A stretch of DNA of 64,000 bases from Lingula anatina. Its lineage: Eukaryota > Animalia > Brachiopoda. The position numbers and the translations under genes were made by a program. Position 1 is the stretch's first letter; each line of letters opens with the position of its first letter. Under the pieces are notes generated by a model, which saw nothing but the letters and a program-made list of their open reading frames with translations, made no database searches and was not told where the DNA came from. The stretch spans positions 17,232,587 to 17,296,586 of the forward strand of contig CM120648.1 of assembly GCA_051362555.1 (NCBI GenBank). The letters are read 5' to 3'. Below, piece by piece: positions 40,101-52,889 of the stretch.

Positions 40101-42389
40101 ACTGAATCTTAGTAAAAAAATCCACGCTGTCCAACAATGTTCGTATCTTTGAAAGATGGTAACTCGTACCACGGTATGTTCGTTGCTCGTGACTCCTGTG
40201 TATAGCAGCAAGATAACGCTGCCATGTTTGGCAGATGTTAGTTCTCCAGTGAGCGTAGAAGTTGTAGGTTCAGCGAGGTGTGACAATAATGCAGAGGTTA
40301 TATTCAGGTCCAGTTGGCAGCAAGTTTTTATAGATCTCGTTCGCTAAATCTACACCCGAGGTGCACATGTACAGTTTTACAAATTCGGAGAGCCCCACCA
40401 AAGCGCCAATCACCCGCTAACAATGACTTTGCCAACTGTTCTCTTCCGCAAAGCAAATATTATATTTTCGACACAATACCGGTCGGTTCTCTGGTATTTA
40501 TTTCCACTTTATCTGTCCCGGTTTAAATGAAGCTAATGGATAAATATATACCGAAATAGAGGGAGTGTCACATGTTAAGGGGTGACTCTTTATGGTGTAA
40601 AGTAAATTTTAAGTGCGTGGTTTGGTGAAATACCAGCGCAATAAACTATATTTTATATATCTTTCCTAGTTCGGACAAATATGGAGCTGACATATTTGAT
40701 TGCGTAACGCGAAGATTCAGGTAATGTAATGTTCATGTTATTTTCATTAACACCAAAAGAAGAAATCAGTTTGGCAAAATTATTCGAGGAAAAACAATTA
40801 TTGAGCGTTATAAGATCAGTCACCTTCATTACAAAGTATCGCAGGAATGCTGTTAGTGTTTGCGACATGTTTGAATGATCGTTGCGATGCATAACTGCAT
40901 GGAATAACGGATTTTCTTTCACAATTCGAACATAATTAAGTGCCTTAAGTCATTTCCAAGCTTTGAAACTCGTCAGTCACAGCCACCGTTTAAGCGGTAT
41001 TTTCTAGTTTGTTTTTCAAGGACTGTCCTCTTCTTGATGCCTGCTCACATTGGCTCGTGGTAGTACATATATGTACGTGTTTGTCTAAGACTAATACGAG
41101 AAATGCGTGATTTCGTACTATGCCAGTATGTCACAACCAAGAGTACTGTGAATGCGGACAGCAGCATAAATTCTTCCGATTTCACCGCGTACGTAGACCA
41201 ACAATTCGCCCTAACGCTGGCCGGTCGCTTCATGTTCCAACCTTTATGTATTCTACCGTCCACCAGGGATCTCCTCAAGATGTAATACAATTGTTTTGAA
41301 AGTCTTTTCTACAATTATGCGACAGCTAAAAAGACCTCTCGTAAGAAAACCTTGTTTTCTGTCTCTGTAACTAAGCACAGCCTGAGGTTTAGAAATGGCG
41401 CTTTCACACACCCGGCAATAAGTTTAGAGCCCATCGGCTCGGCGTCCTTCTTTTAAGGGATCATACTTGAAACAATTGTTTTTCTCCGTAAATACGCATA
41501 TTAAGCATCTATTGGCACTGGCAACGCCTTTTGAACTTTTAAATGCATATCAAATGGAAGAGGAGCAACAGAAGAATGTATTCACCTTAATAGTTCAGAT
41601 ACAATTAGTAGCAATGATAGATGAAGTGTTGATCTTTACCACATTATTTTTATCCATGAAAAGAAGATATAACATTCATTTGACAAAGTTAATATGACGG
41701 TCAGATAAGTAAGGATAAAAAAAAAGAAAAAATGTAATATTTAATTTGTTCTGGTGCACAACATTCATAATAATGTTTGTATAGCCTGTTGTAAACATCG
41801 TGGAAGCTGCGATATAACATCCACTTGTTTGTAACGGAGTTGTGTAGAAATGACCACATTTAATGCGATTAATGTTGAGATAGCGAGCGTTAAACGATAT
41901 ACTGCTGGTCAAAATCACCATGTTGGACTGTTATTGAATAATGCAGAAACTCTTATGCGGCAGCTTTTGCTAAATACATAATAACTTAGGTCAAGTCCGT
42001 TCCATCAAAAACACGATCTGGCTTGGAACATGTACTTTTTAGAGACAGTACATCTGAGATCGAGTCTGTTAGCAGGGCTGAGAGGAGGGAAGCAAATTTG
42101 AACTTTGGAACGCGTTTGAACCCTAACTGTCTGTACATGTGTTATTCATGACTGATGTTTCGTTTGACTGTGTTTTAGGCTCCGTGTCGTAGGTGTCATA
42201 CTGGATGAAGAGGCGCATTGACAAATGCTATCGGATAATTACACTATCAATCATAATAACACGCTATAACAGTATCTCACGCAGATCTAGTCATACAAAC
42301 GCTACATTAATAACAATGATATGTGGCAATGTTTTTTTTTTTCAAGAGGAAAACAGCACAGTTTAAATGCATCCCAAGAAAAAGAAAAT

Positions 42390-42394
<5 letters not shown>

Positions 42395-42461
<67 letters not shown>
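42395..42461. repeat. (TA)n microsatellite
   Basis: Read directly. Confidence 0.95.
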
Positions 42462-42463
<2 letters not shown>

Positions 42464-42870
42464 GTAGCTACGGACTGTTATTATACTGTGTTTTAACATC
42501 AACTAATAATAATATTAACATAAAATAATAATTTTAACATTATTAAAATACAATGTAATAAAGTGTCAGCAAGAGAAGATGTAGAAGTTCTCGAACAGTT
42601 ACAGGTGTTAATTAGAAGTCCTATTCATTTGAATTATTCAGAGGCATCTTTAATAGTGCGCGTGACTTTGAAACACGGTTTCACACCTTGTCACACCTTG
42701 TGTTCGAATCAAAATTAAATGCTATAATATTTCATTCCCAATGGAATTATCGGTCTACGGAGATCGACCCAACTCCGCATGGACTCTCGCTGAATGCAGT
42801 CAGACTTAAATGCCTCCTCTTGTCTCCAACATACACATAGCATCAACGGTTTTTTTTTTTTCTTTTTTTT

Positions 42871-42903
<33 letters not shown>

Positions 42904-42989
42904 TATTGTACTCAACACCAGGAGATGAGCCGAGTCACCGATCTGCCTACGCAAGTTATTCAGTGGATTGTTTTTCTACTGTTTCCTTG

Positions 42990-42990
<1 letters not shown>

Positions 42991-43040
<50 letters not shown>
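42991..43040. repeat. (ATT)n microsatellite; similar tracts at 975-1063, 4135-4178, 8096-8173 and 34164-34230 (ATTT)
   Basis: Read directly. Confidence 0.93.
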
Positions 43041-43041
<1 letters not shown>

Positions 43042-44985
43042 TATGCCCATGAATCAATGACCTAATGCGATCCAGTAACATCTGAACGTATACTAGTGCT
43101 CCTAGTAAGGATTCGGTTTTAAGAATTAGAAGGGGTGGATGGCAAGGGATGGCACAGCTAAAATCACCACTTCTCTAGGCATTTGTTCAAATGGCAGGTC
43201 AAATCTCGGGAGACCAGTAGCAAAGCCCAATGGTCGGCGTGCGAGATATGATTCAACGAATCACGCGTGCGTTTGTTCCACCAACACCAGAATGCAACAG
43301 AAATCAGGTTAATTTGATCTATAGCGTTTGGTTTTACTGAAGCTCGGTGTTAAATTGCTGACAGTGATTGTCTAGACACGTGTGGGAAAAGGGGGTGTTT
43401 TCAGCGTTTGCAACAACATAAGCGTCATCGTGGGAATAGCCTCTATCATATGTGTCTGTTTTGAGCGCAGATTGATTCTGTGACTGCAGGCATTTTGGCG
43501 GTGTACTTTAAAGGGGATATATACTTTATGACGACGTGGCGAAAAGCTTGTTTGCACGAGGTCAGTGTACCATTCCATTGCTTTGAAATAACGTACTACA
43601 GATTTGGTGAATCGGTCGTTTTGTTTAAAAAAAGACACAAATGCCCCCCCCCCTCCACCTGCACAAATGGACTGGTTGCTTTCTGGATGACGTCATAACA
43701 GGACGGTCTACTTGTGTACATATGATACGTTATGGCACATCTGAAACAAATCTAATGGACCAGATTTTTATCAAAATGTTACTTAATTTTAATTCGTATG
43801 AATGCTGCGTAAGTGGCATTTTCGCATAACAAATACATATCCCAGTTCAAAGTATCTGAGAAGTACTTTGATACGTGAATCAGCTATGAAATTACGAGTG
43901 TATCTTCTATTATCACTTCTTATCAATCAGACTGCATAATGATGCATCTGAGATTCTGCTCCATACGGTTGCCGTGTTAGTTTTCTTTTCCTGTTCGTCG
44001 GTCGTTGACATTGTACGTTGAATAATCGACAGTTGGATTACACAGTCTTACAAAATTTATTGAATTTAAGTCACGCTGTCTGTGAAATTTCTGATGCACA
44101 GTGAGTCAGTTTTGTTAGAAACAGTGGGCATGCTTTCTACGCCTGTTCACTGTGCGTCATTGACGTCATCACAGTGTAACAATAAATCCCAGAATCTCTG
44201 CGTATCGGATGCGCCTAAGGGAAGATATATCTTTAAATCGCACCATTGATTAGATTACGAACTGTTTAGTGTTGATTGTAAAGACGTTCAAGTCTCATTT
44301 CAATAGCTGAGTTTAGGTAGGCTTAACTTAAATCGTAGTGACGGCGTTAATTTAAAACCTGAAACATTTTATGAGTTCACCTTTAATGCTATGTCTCTGA
44401 GGAGACGGTATAATGGATTTTACAAATGGGTTTAGTCTTCTGTGCAGTTTAGTGTATAATTAAAAATGAGGGCCCAAAGCTTCACCTCAATAATTAAACC
44501 ATCTAAACGATCTACTTTTGGTCAAAATACAGGAATAATAAACCACTAAACCAAAACTCTTGTTGGTGTGGAGCAAAGACCACTCTGCCATTTGTGCCAA
44601 TTAAGACGACATCTAAAGACTCCCAGCGCGTCTTGTAGACACCTTAAAGACAGAAAAACAGTTGTCCACTGGCTTGACGTCATCAGAACGTATTGAATAT
44701 CGGCGACGTGGGTGTTTTAAAAACTTCACCCAAAAGTTAGCCTTACACTTCCCGAACACAATACTGACATTTTATTGTCAGCCGTGGATCTAAATTTAAG
44801 ATACAGATTTTATTAATAATACTGCGGAGGTACATATGAAACCAACGTTTTTCATGCATCTTAATGGCGAATTTTTAAACGTTTGACGATCTTGAGCACT
44901 GTGCCTGGTGACATGCTAAGCTACCGAATTGCGTTGTGTAGAGAACAATTTCAAACACATTCTTACTTCAAGGCGTTCTCCAGGC

Positions 44986-45181
44986 GTCTTTTAGTGCCAG
45001 GATTTTGTAAAACATTTAAGAGACGTATTCGTGACCAGTAACTGACATGTCTTTTAGTGCCAGGATTTTGCAAAACATTTTAGAGACGTATTCGTGACCA
45101 GTAACTGACATGTCTTTTAGTGCCAGGATTTTTTAAAACATTTTAGAGACGTATTCGTGACCAGTAACTGACATGTCTTTT
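44986..45181. repeat. 63-bp minisatellite x3
   Basis: Unit GTCTTTTAGTGCCAGGATTTT.(T/C)AAAACATTT.AGAGACGTATTCGTGACCAGTAACTGACAT starting at 44986, 45049 and 45112. Confidence 0.95.
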
Positions 45182-47029
45182 TTTGTTTAAGCGCAAAGGC
45201 AACATTGCATCAAATTGATATGTATTGGATCAAATTAATTTCTTTAGGACTGAACGTGTGAACTAATTTTTGGGTTAAAATTATTTCGTGGAAACAATAT
45301 TCTCAAAGATGACATGCGTGCTTTCAACCTATTTGTGGAAGTCGACCATTATAGCGGTGTCACGAGTCTCTGGTTGATTGGTTCTGGAGTATCCTGGGCA
45401 CCCACTGGCTTAATTGCAATCACTATATTCGGACCTCAACACGAGTGATTAACATCGATCCATAAATGACCGTAAATATTGCAACTGGTAATTTGTATCG
45501 ATTCTAGCACATTTGGAGTATGGGGATAAAACATTTACTCTTTGGTTAAAAGGTTTGAAATGCACAATGCGATGGGAGAGATTGTGGAGACACAGAGAGA
45601 GAGAGAGAGAGAGAGAGAAAGTTCAGGCACTAGTTTTGGGATTAAAAGTTGGATTAAAGGTCGAGATTCGAGATAAAAGAAATAGGGAACAGATATTTTA
45701 TCCTATTCGTAAAAAAAGCATTACATTTTACTTGTTTAGCAGACTCCATATTCCACGCCCTGATAACTAGATTAATGGCTTATATCAATCATATCTTGCA
45801 GAATATATTTTATTCGATATTAGCTGAAAGATACGTACACGTGTATATAGCCATTGCGTATCTTTGAATATTCTCGGAAGTTGCACCAATTGTCCGGCCC
45901 TAAAGTGCTCGAGGCATTGGAATTCACTACTAATCTACCACTTGACAGCAGGAAAAGTGCAGCAGCGAATGCAATTAAGATAATTTCATCATTATATTGT
46001 TGCCTGATTGAATAAACTTGTTTTCGTTGCCCGTTTATTGATAGCTTTAAAAAGCCAGCTAAATTAACAAACGGTCGACAGTGTGCCGTCCAGATACATA
46101 GTAAATAACTCCACCAAATTGTTCTCGGAATTAGATTGAAATGAGTCAAAAGCGCTGTGTGAATTAAGAATTAATGCATTGAGTGGATCACTGGTACATA
46201 TTTGATGCTCTTTTCACCAGTGGTGCTCTGTAATCCGATTTTTGAAATATATTAGGACGCATTCTTAGTAAAACTAGCGTTCTGCTGTTTCCAACTCAAC
46301 TCCGTGGGGACTCTAGCTGAATACAACTAGTTTAAACTTGTGTGAAAGATGTCAGGGTTATGCCTTGTTTTAGGATTTTTAGTTTTCATGTTTCGATTGT
46401 TTTTTTTTTTTTTTCATATGATTAAATGCGATGAGAAATTGGATGCAAGCTTCGTTTTCAAGTTTTCGGTCAGTACAACTGACAGAAATTTATACAAGAA
46501 GGTTGGAGACAACAGGAGGCGTTTCAATTAGACCAATATTAAATTTAAATTTCCTTTTCTTAGTCAAAGAGCGGAATAACATAAAAAATATCCGCAAACA
46601 AATGTGTTCTATGTGTACAAGTATATATAATAAACATCTAATATTTTCTCCACGTAAATGGCCATCCTCAGCGTCTACTTTATGAACAGAATTTTTGTGG
46701 CTACGACACCTGTATTGTAGCTTGTCTATATCTGTTGTCTGGATTACACAATGGAGTTGCCAGCAATAATGTGTAATAATCACATCTGTGAGCAAATAAT
46801 AATGTCAAAGAAATTAGCCTAGGGTTTTGGTAAAAGATTGAAAAAAATGAGGGAAGTGGCTCGTGATTTGTAGTAGATTTAATCCAAAATTCCACCACGG
46901 AATGTTGAAGACTTCTTCATTTGATTACCTCTCCCGGTGGGTTAAAATGACGTCTTTTATGCATAAACTCATTCGTCAACCTTTGCAGGTTCATTATTAT
47001 TTTACAACATAGCAGCGTGTGTAACGAGA

Positions 47030-47053
47030 TTATGTGTCTATTTCCAGGTATGC
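47030..47053 (+). promoter_or_regulatory. Candidate splice acceptor for the GPCR coding exon (tctatttccAG|gtatgc)
   Basis: Pyrimidine tract plus CAG ending at 47047, 670 nt upstream of the ATG; an alternative acceptor ctttgcAG ends at 46988. Confidence 0.35.
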
Positions 47054-47717
47054 AACCGCTGACTTCCTAACAGTAGGACAAGGGCACAGTCTTCTTCACG
47101 GAGTGGAAAGAAAAAAAACTTCCAGGACCATGTAATATCCAGAGTCTCGTTTGGATGTTATGTGGTTTTCACGCACTAGATTCAACGTGACTGCAAGACA
47201 CCAACTCGAGGCTGAAGTCTGGATGCTGGAAAAGTCATCTGACAGTGGAATAGTTGTGCGTCGGATAAAGGAGGGTGTATGAAGTTGGATGCCATTTTCA
47301 ACGAAAAATATGGCTTCAGTGCTCGGGTTGACGTGACTTCTGGACCTGATTTTCTGTGGACACATCGTAACCCTTGCAAAGACTGACCTTGTGGCTGTAT
47401 TGATCGCTTAGATCATTACACACATTTAAATCATGAAAAAAGTTTTGAGTGGATATTAATCTTAAAAGTAGATATAAAGCAGAAGAACGGAAACCTCAAG
47501 TTGCAGTTATACTCCACTGTTTCTAAGAGTCTAGGGTGGGTCGACGGGACATTTGAAAATGTCGGCAGAAAAGAGAACACTGAACTTCATAATTTAACTC
47601 AACTATTGCGTTACCTCAGCGCAGAGAATAGCATCACTTCATTGAGAAGCAACACATCCCTCAGAGATGAGAGGATTGTTTTAAGTATTTGTTTCACCCC
47701 TGAAAGAATACCTCACT

Positions 47718-49169
47718 ATGGTGCTGTTTGACGTCACAGAGAGCAGTGCTACCAGCATCACTCCGATAGGGGTCGCTGTTGGCAATGGTACCGTGGAGGG
47801 CACGGGCAGTCCTTTCCAAATGGACAAACCAATGATGATCGTTACTCTCGTTCTACTGGGATTCCTCAGCGTGTTTGGCACCGTTGGCAACGCGCTGATC
47901 CTGATCGTTTATTGCCGAAAGCGGGAAAAGTTGACGGCCAACTTGTTCATCCTTGCCCTGGCATTTATTGACTTTATAACATGCCTGTTCATCATCCCGT
48001 CGACGATCTACTTTGAGTTTGTGGAGTTCAGCGTGAACTCTGACATTGCCTGCAAGCTCTACCAATTCTTTACCACGTCGACGATTCCGCTATCGGCCTT
48101 CGTAATGGTCGCCATTGCTTTCGACCGCTACTTCTGCATCTGTCATCCATTTCTACGCGCAATCAACCTCTTCAGGGCCAAAGTGATCGTCATAGTGTTG
48201 GCAATAATGGCCACGATGCTTGGGGTGGTCGTAGCAATGTGTTACGGTGTCTACCGCGTGGAAACAACCGCGGTGCTCGACAGCCCTCCCCGGGTGGCAC
48301 CTATCGATGCACCCAGTCTTAGCCCGATGGACCCAAGGTTGAAGCCGTACTACACCCCTGTAGTGTTGAACAGCACTCAGTTCTACGAGCTCACATTCCC
48401 GCCAACAGAGGCCCTCGACACCGTAGATAACGAGACCATTGCTCAAATGGAGGCCCTCAACGGGTCGCTTTTTATTGACCGTATAGTGTTCAACGGCCGC
48501 TGCGATCCTGATGACAGAATTATTCTGAAAAGTGGCCGACTTTTGTACCAGTACATCCACGCGTCCATGTTTATCATGTCACTGGTGATTGTCATTGTCC
48601 TCTACGCTCTGATCTACCGGACGGTCGTCATACGGAGACGCAAGAGGGAGAGACAGAAGAGTTCTTACCTGAGGAAGAGCAGCATGAACCCGCCCACTGA
48701 ACCGGAAGCGGAAGACTACGAAACCGACTGCGTAGAGCTTAAAGCTTCTTCGAACGAGAACGGGAACGCAGCTTCTCACGGCGCCATGGCAACTATGGCG
48801 TCCATCAACGCAACGACCAATAATAACGAGCAAACAACAACTACGGCGTTGCTGAAACCTGAGGCGGCGGTGCAGGCTTTAGGAAAGAAAATACCAAAAA
48901 AGGGATCAAAGAATAGATCCCCCAAGCGCAATCGCCCCAAGGACAAACTTTACTTGGCAAATATCAAGACGGCGGCCATGTTGTTTGTGGTGACTGTGGT
49001 GTTTGCTGTCACCTTCCTCCCGGCTGCCCTTATGGCCAATGAAGTCATTGACTACGTGGGTCTTATATTCTATCTCTATTTTGTCAACAATGTGGCAAAT
49101 CCCATAATATACGGATTCATGAATCAAAACTTTAGGGACGATCTCAAAGCCCTATTTGGTTGTGCCTAG
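47718..49169 (+). CDS. Class A (rhodopsin-like) 7TM GPCR, 483 aa, single coding exon; orphan, peptide-receptor-like
   Basis: Seven hydrophobic segments with class A motifs: TM1 GN (TVGNAL), TM2 LAxxD (LAFID), Cys at the top of TM3 (IACKL), DRY (AFDRYFCICHP), TM5 Y (VLYALIY), TM6 FxxxFLP, TM7 NPIIY, helix 8 NFRDDL. The ATG has strong Kozak context (actATGg). It is the only long non-repetitive ORF in the window. Confidence 0.96.
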   Translation: MVLFDVTESSATSITPIGVAVGNGTVEGTGSPFQMDKPMMIVTLVLLGFLSVFGTVGNALILIVYCRKREKLTANLFILALAFIDFITCLFIIPSTIYFEFVEFSVNSDIACKLYQFFTTSTIPLSAFVMVAIAFDRYFCICHPFLRAINLFRAKVIVIVLAIMATMLGVVVAMCYGVYRVETTAVLDSPPRVAPIDAPSLSPMDPRLKPYYTPVVLNSTQFYELTFPPTEALDTVDNETIAQMEALNGSLFIDRIVFNGRCDPDDRIILKSGRLLYQYIHASMFIMSLVIVIVLYALIYRTVVIRRRKRERQKSSYLRKSSMNPPTEPEAEDYETDCVELKASSNENGNAASHGAMATMASINATTNNNEQTTTTALLKPEAAVQALGKKIPKKGSKNRSPKRNRPKDKLYLANIKTAAMLFVVTVVFAVTFLPAALMANEVIDYVGLIFYLYFVNNVANPIIYGFMNQNFRDDLKALFGCA

Positions 49170-51043
49170 GTTCAATAATCATATACATTACCATCGGGGA
49201 CGATCTCAGTACACGGCGTTGCTGTGTGAGGTTTTAAAGACAGAGGCAACCCCGTGCAGACGCGAGTAAACCCTATGCGTTGATACTTAACGTTTTGCAG
49301 AGGAATCGTGAACAGATATGATTCGACGGCCTCCACGGACAAGTAAGCATTTAGAATAATTGTTTGCGACTTGATGGACATTTGAGCTGCTCCCCTATTA
49401 GCCCTGCCCTAGTATTCTACATTGGTTACTGCGAACGCTTTAACTCTAGATCACTGAATGATTGCATTCACGGCTCTCCGTGAGTAACGAGATACATATG
49501 GTGTAAAGGACTGTTCAGTTTTAGGTTTTACACCAATGCAACCGGAGGGACATCTTTTTCAAGCGCCACCTATGGAGCGAACACCTCGTGAACGGGTTGC
49601 CTGCGTCTTAAAGACAGAACAGAAAAAATAACTCTTGGTATTGTATAGCTACCTTGTACCTCCATCAAGAGGCAAAGACTTTCTAACAACTTGACAGAAA
49701 AAATGACATATATTCTAAGAAGAGGTGCGAAGCACAAACAAACATTCAAACACGCATGCACGTAAATGCATGACAGACACTTTTTACTGTATTTGCATTG
49801 ATTTGGGAAGGTATGGTATGGTATGGTATGGTAGATATCACAGACTAGGGGAGCCTGTACGGGGTAGGGGTAATGTTGCAATAGTGAGGGAAATGTAACA
49901 AAATGTCCGATAAAGTGGATGTCCTTATAGTTCAGGACAGGTCGTTATTATTGCAGCGAGTTGGATATTTGAACATCCTCATTTTATATGAATTGAGCAT
50001 AGTAATTAATATTTATTGATATTTATATCGTCTCTGGTACGGCTTTGTCATAACGGTTTAAACACCATAAATTGTGTGTGGTTTCAATTTGTGTAGTTCG
50101 TGACAGTAAATAAGATGTTCACATTATAGACGCTATTTACTCCAGACGTGGCGACGACAACCATGTGCAATACCCTGACCTCAGTGCGTGAACTTAAACC
50201 ATTTTATCTGGAGAAAGTATCTCACTTGTTTTAGTAAAGTATTAGTATGGAGACCATTATTACATCACATTCGGTGTGATACTGTGAAAAGTAAGTGAAA
50301 CGCAGATATGTGACGCTGCAAGTGCGACCTCATATTTCAGTATCAAAATGGCGGTATGACGTAACCCCTCCTCCAACTCCCCCCCCCCCCAAATAAAAGG
50401 GAAGATACCATATTGAGCTGTCAAAAAGTATATATGACAGGTGTTTATGAGGCAAGTCGAGTTTTAGGTTGTAAGAGGCAAATGCCATTATACTTTGTCG
50501 CCATGTTTTAGGTTTGGGAGTATTCTAGTGATGACCTCAACATTAATTTGTGTGCCATTACAAGGAATGTCACGCTTCATCCAGAATTTTCAAAATGCAG
50601 CTACTGTATAAAGTTACTGTGCACCAGGTGAAAAGTCATGTCGAGTTATGAGTCCAGTGGATGGCAAAACGATTCTGTGGAAGCAGTATTATGTTATATT
50701 GTAAACGTAAGCTTCTGTAGTTGAAATGTGCGTTTTTCATCTTCTTACATAGCTTCATTGTACACATTCGTAGTCGCGACGTTGTGTGTAGCAGATTCTG
50801 ATGCCATATGATACGATAACAACACAAAGACATACTTATGCGATAAGATGACCTCCAGTTTAAATAATGATAATAATAATAATTGCTGTCAATAGAAATA
50901 GCTTTTTACTCATTAAAATTAACATATCTGGTCTGTTTCAGCAACGGTTTGGCTTTTTTGTTTTTCTTCTGTTCTATAGTGCTAGAATTGCCTCGGTGAC
51001 AATTCCAGAGAATTGGTTATTCAAACCTAATCGGTCAGACGTA

Positions 51044-51351
51044 AGCTGAACTCTTACACAAACCTGAAACTTTACGCTTTTACGGCATTCAGAAATGAAA
51101 CTTCATATTTCTGTTTTGATTTTATGTCAGTAGTAATCCAAAAAAGGAAGCACGCACCAGCAAAACGAGAGAGAAATTGGTGTGGTTTCGGGTAATTAGC
51201 TGAACTCTTACAGAAACTGGAAACTTTACGCTCTTACGGCATTCAGAATTGAAACTTCATATTTCTGTTTTGGTTTTATGTCAGTAGTATTCCAGAGAAG
51301 GAAACACGCACCTGTAAAACGAGAGAGTTATTGGTGTGGATTCGGGTAATT
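51044..51351. repeat. 154-bp tandem duplication
   Basis: AGCTGAACTCTTACA...TTCGGGTAATT repeated at 51044 and 51198 with scattered substitutions. Confidence 0.93.
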
Positions 51352-52883
51352 GACTGAGATGTTTGCGTATAACTGTGAATTCATCTTGATTCAAAACAAA
51401 AACTTTTTATAAAAACGTATAGACCGAGTGTCGATCTTAAGTCGTTTTGTACAATCGTTCCCACAGATCGTGTATTTCAGTTAGTCGAAGGAAGTTGCTA
51501 AATCATTCTCTCGACTTTTGTAAACGTTGGTCATATTTTTTTTTCTGTATGGAATAAGCATTATTGATTTAGACCCGGATTGCGTGTCACAAGTTGTCAA
51601 ATATGTCATTAAGAGAACAATGAAAGGGTCATGAAAAAGTCAAGACTCAAATGAATCCTATCAGAGCTTTATAGAGAGACATACCAGTGGGCATACAGTA
51701 GCATAAATAGCGTATTAGCGGGTTACAAATTAGTTTAATTCTAAGGTTGCCTTCAACGAAACGCCAAGTGCAGTTGTTGTCTGCGAGATATGATCCTTGA
51801 GAACATTGCTTGAATAACATTCCTACATGTAGCTGGGCATCGCCATGCTTGCACTACGTTATATGTTGATAGTATGCTTAGATTCTGTTACCTTTAAAGG
51901 TGAAGGAAAACTAATAGGTTTTATTCACAATTGGTTGTATTTGGAGAACATTCCCAAAGGTTAAAACAAAGAAGCAAAAACATTTCTACCAAAAAAAAAA
52001 TCTGCAAAACAAAGATTTAAGAAACTTCTGAAATCTGATCAAAACGCGTGCTTATCAAAAAGGTATATTTTGTTATCACGATCCAGTGCTGGGGACGGTC
52101 TTAATGTGGCTTTTTGTGACCAGATCCATGTTGACAACATGACCGGTCCTGTAGTGCAAAAAGTGCAATAAACAATTCTTCAGAAACAAACTGTATACTT
52201 TAAATGTTTTGTAGTATTTTTTGTAATACACTGATATTTACAGGATACATATATCAGAGCTGTTTGATATACTAAGGTCGAAATGTAGGTAATGTGACAT
52301 CACGTGACCGTCTCGTAATTAATATGTAAGAATATTGTGTTTTTATCTGGCGTAGATTTACCGAAGTAAAAGTAGGTTTTGTCTATCGTCAGCATTATAG
52401 TGTTCTACATAATACGCATAATTCCTTGTCTTAAAATAATGTGAAACCAAAAAAAACAGAGCGGATGACAGCTTTGTGAGACGGACTACGGTAAAAAATT
52501 CCGCCAGGTAAAATTTACTTTAAATACTTGTCAAAAAGTTTATATTCAAATGTATTTTAAATTAATTTTGTTTCAATGACCAAAAAAAGAAAAGGGGGCG
52601 GAATAGAATACAAATATATTCGAATGATGATGAATATAGAACGATGAAATATGATTAGATAAAAACTTATTTCGGTTAATATTTACCCAGAGAAGGTTGT
52701 TTAACTCTCACTGCGCATGCTCGTGACAGTATGTACGTCACCTCTATTGTATAAAGTTTGTAAAACTTTGTCTTCGCCATATGATAAAAATGTAAATAAT
52801 GCACTAATTAAAGGTTTGGGGGCGTCTGTACCCTCCTTGTATAGTTTATTTAGTATTTATTGTGATATATATGAATTTGTTTC

Positions 52884-52889
52884 AATAAA
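52884..52889 (+). terminator. Candidate polyadenylation signal of the GPCR mRNA
   Basis: AATAAA preceded by about 140 nt of U-rich sequence with several TGTA motifs, typical of metazoan 3' ends. Other AATAAA hexamers lie at about 50392 and 52167. Confidence 0.45.

Noticed and set aside
44986-45181. CRISPR-like appearance of the 63-bp repeats
   Set aside because: Head-to-tail copies with no unique spacers, no cas genes, and a eukaryotic context.
47681-49127. Five minus-strand ORFs overlapping the GPCR
   Set aside because: Antisense shadows of a GC-richer coding region with no recognisable motifs.
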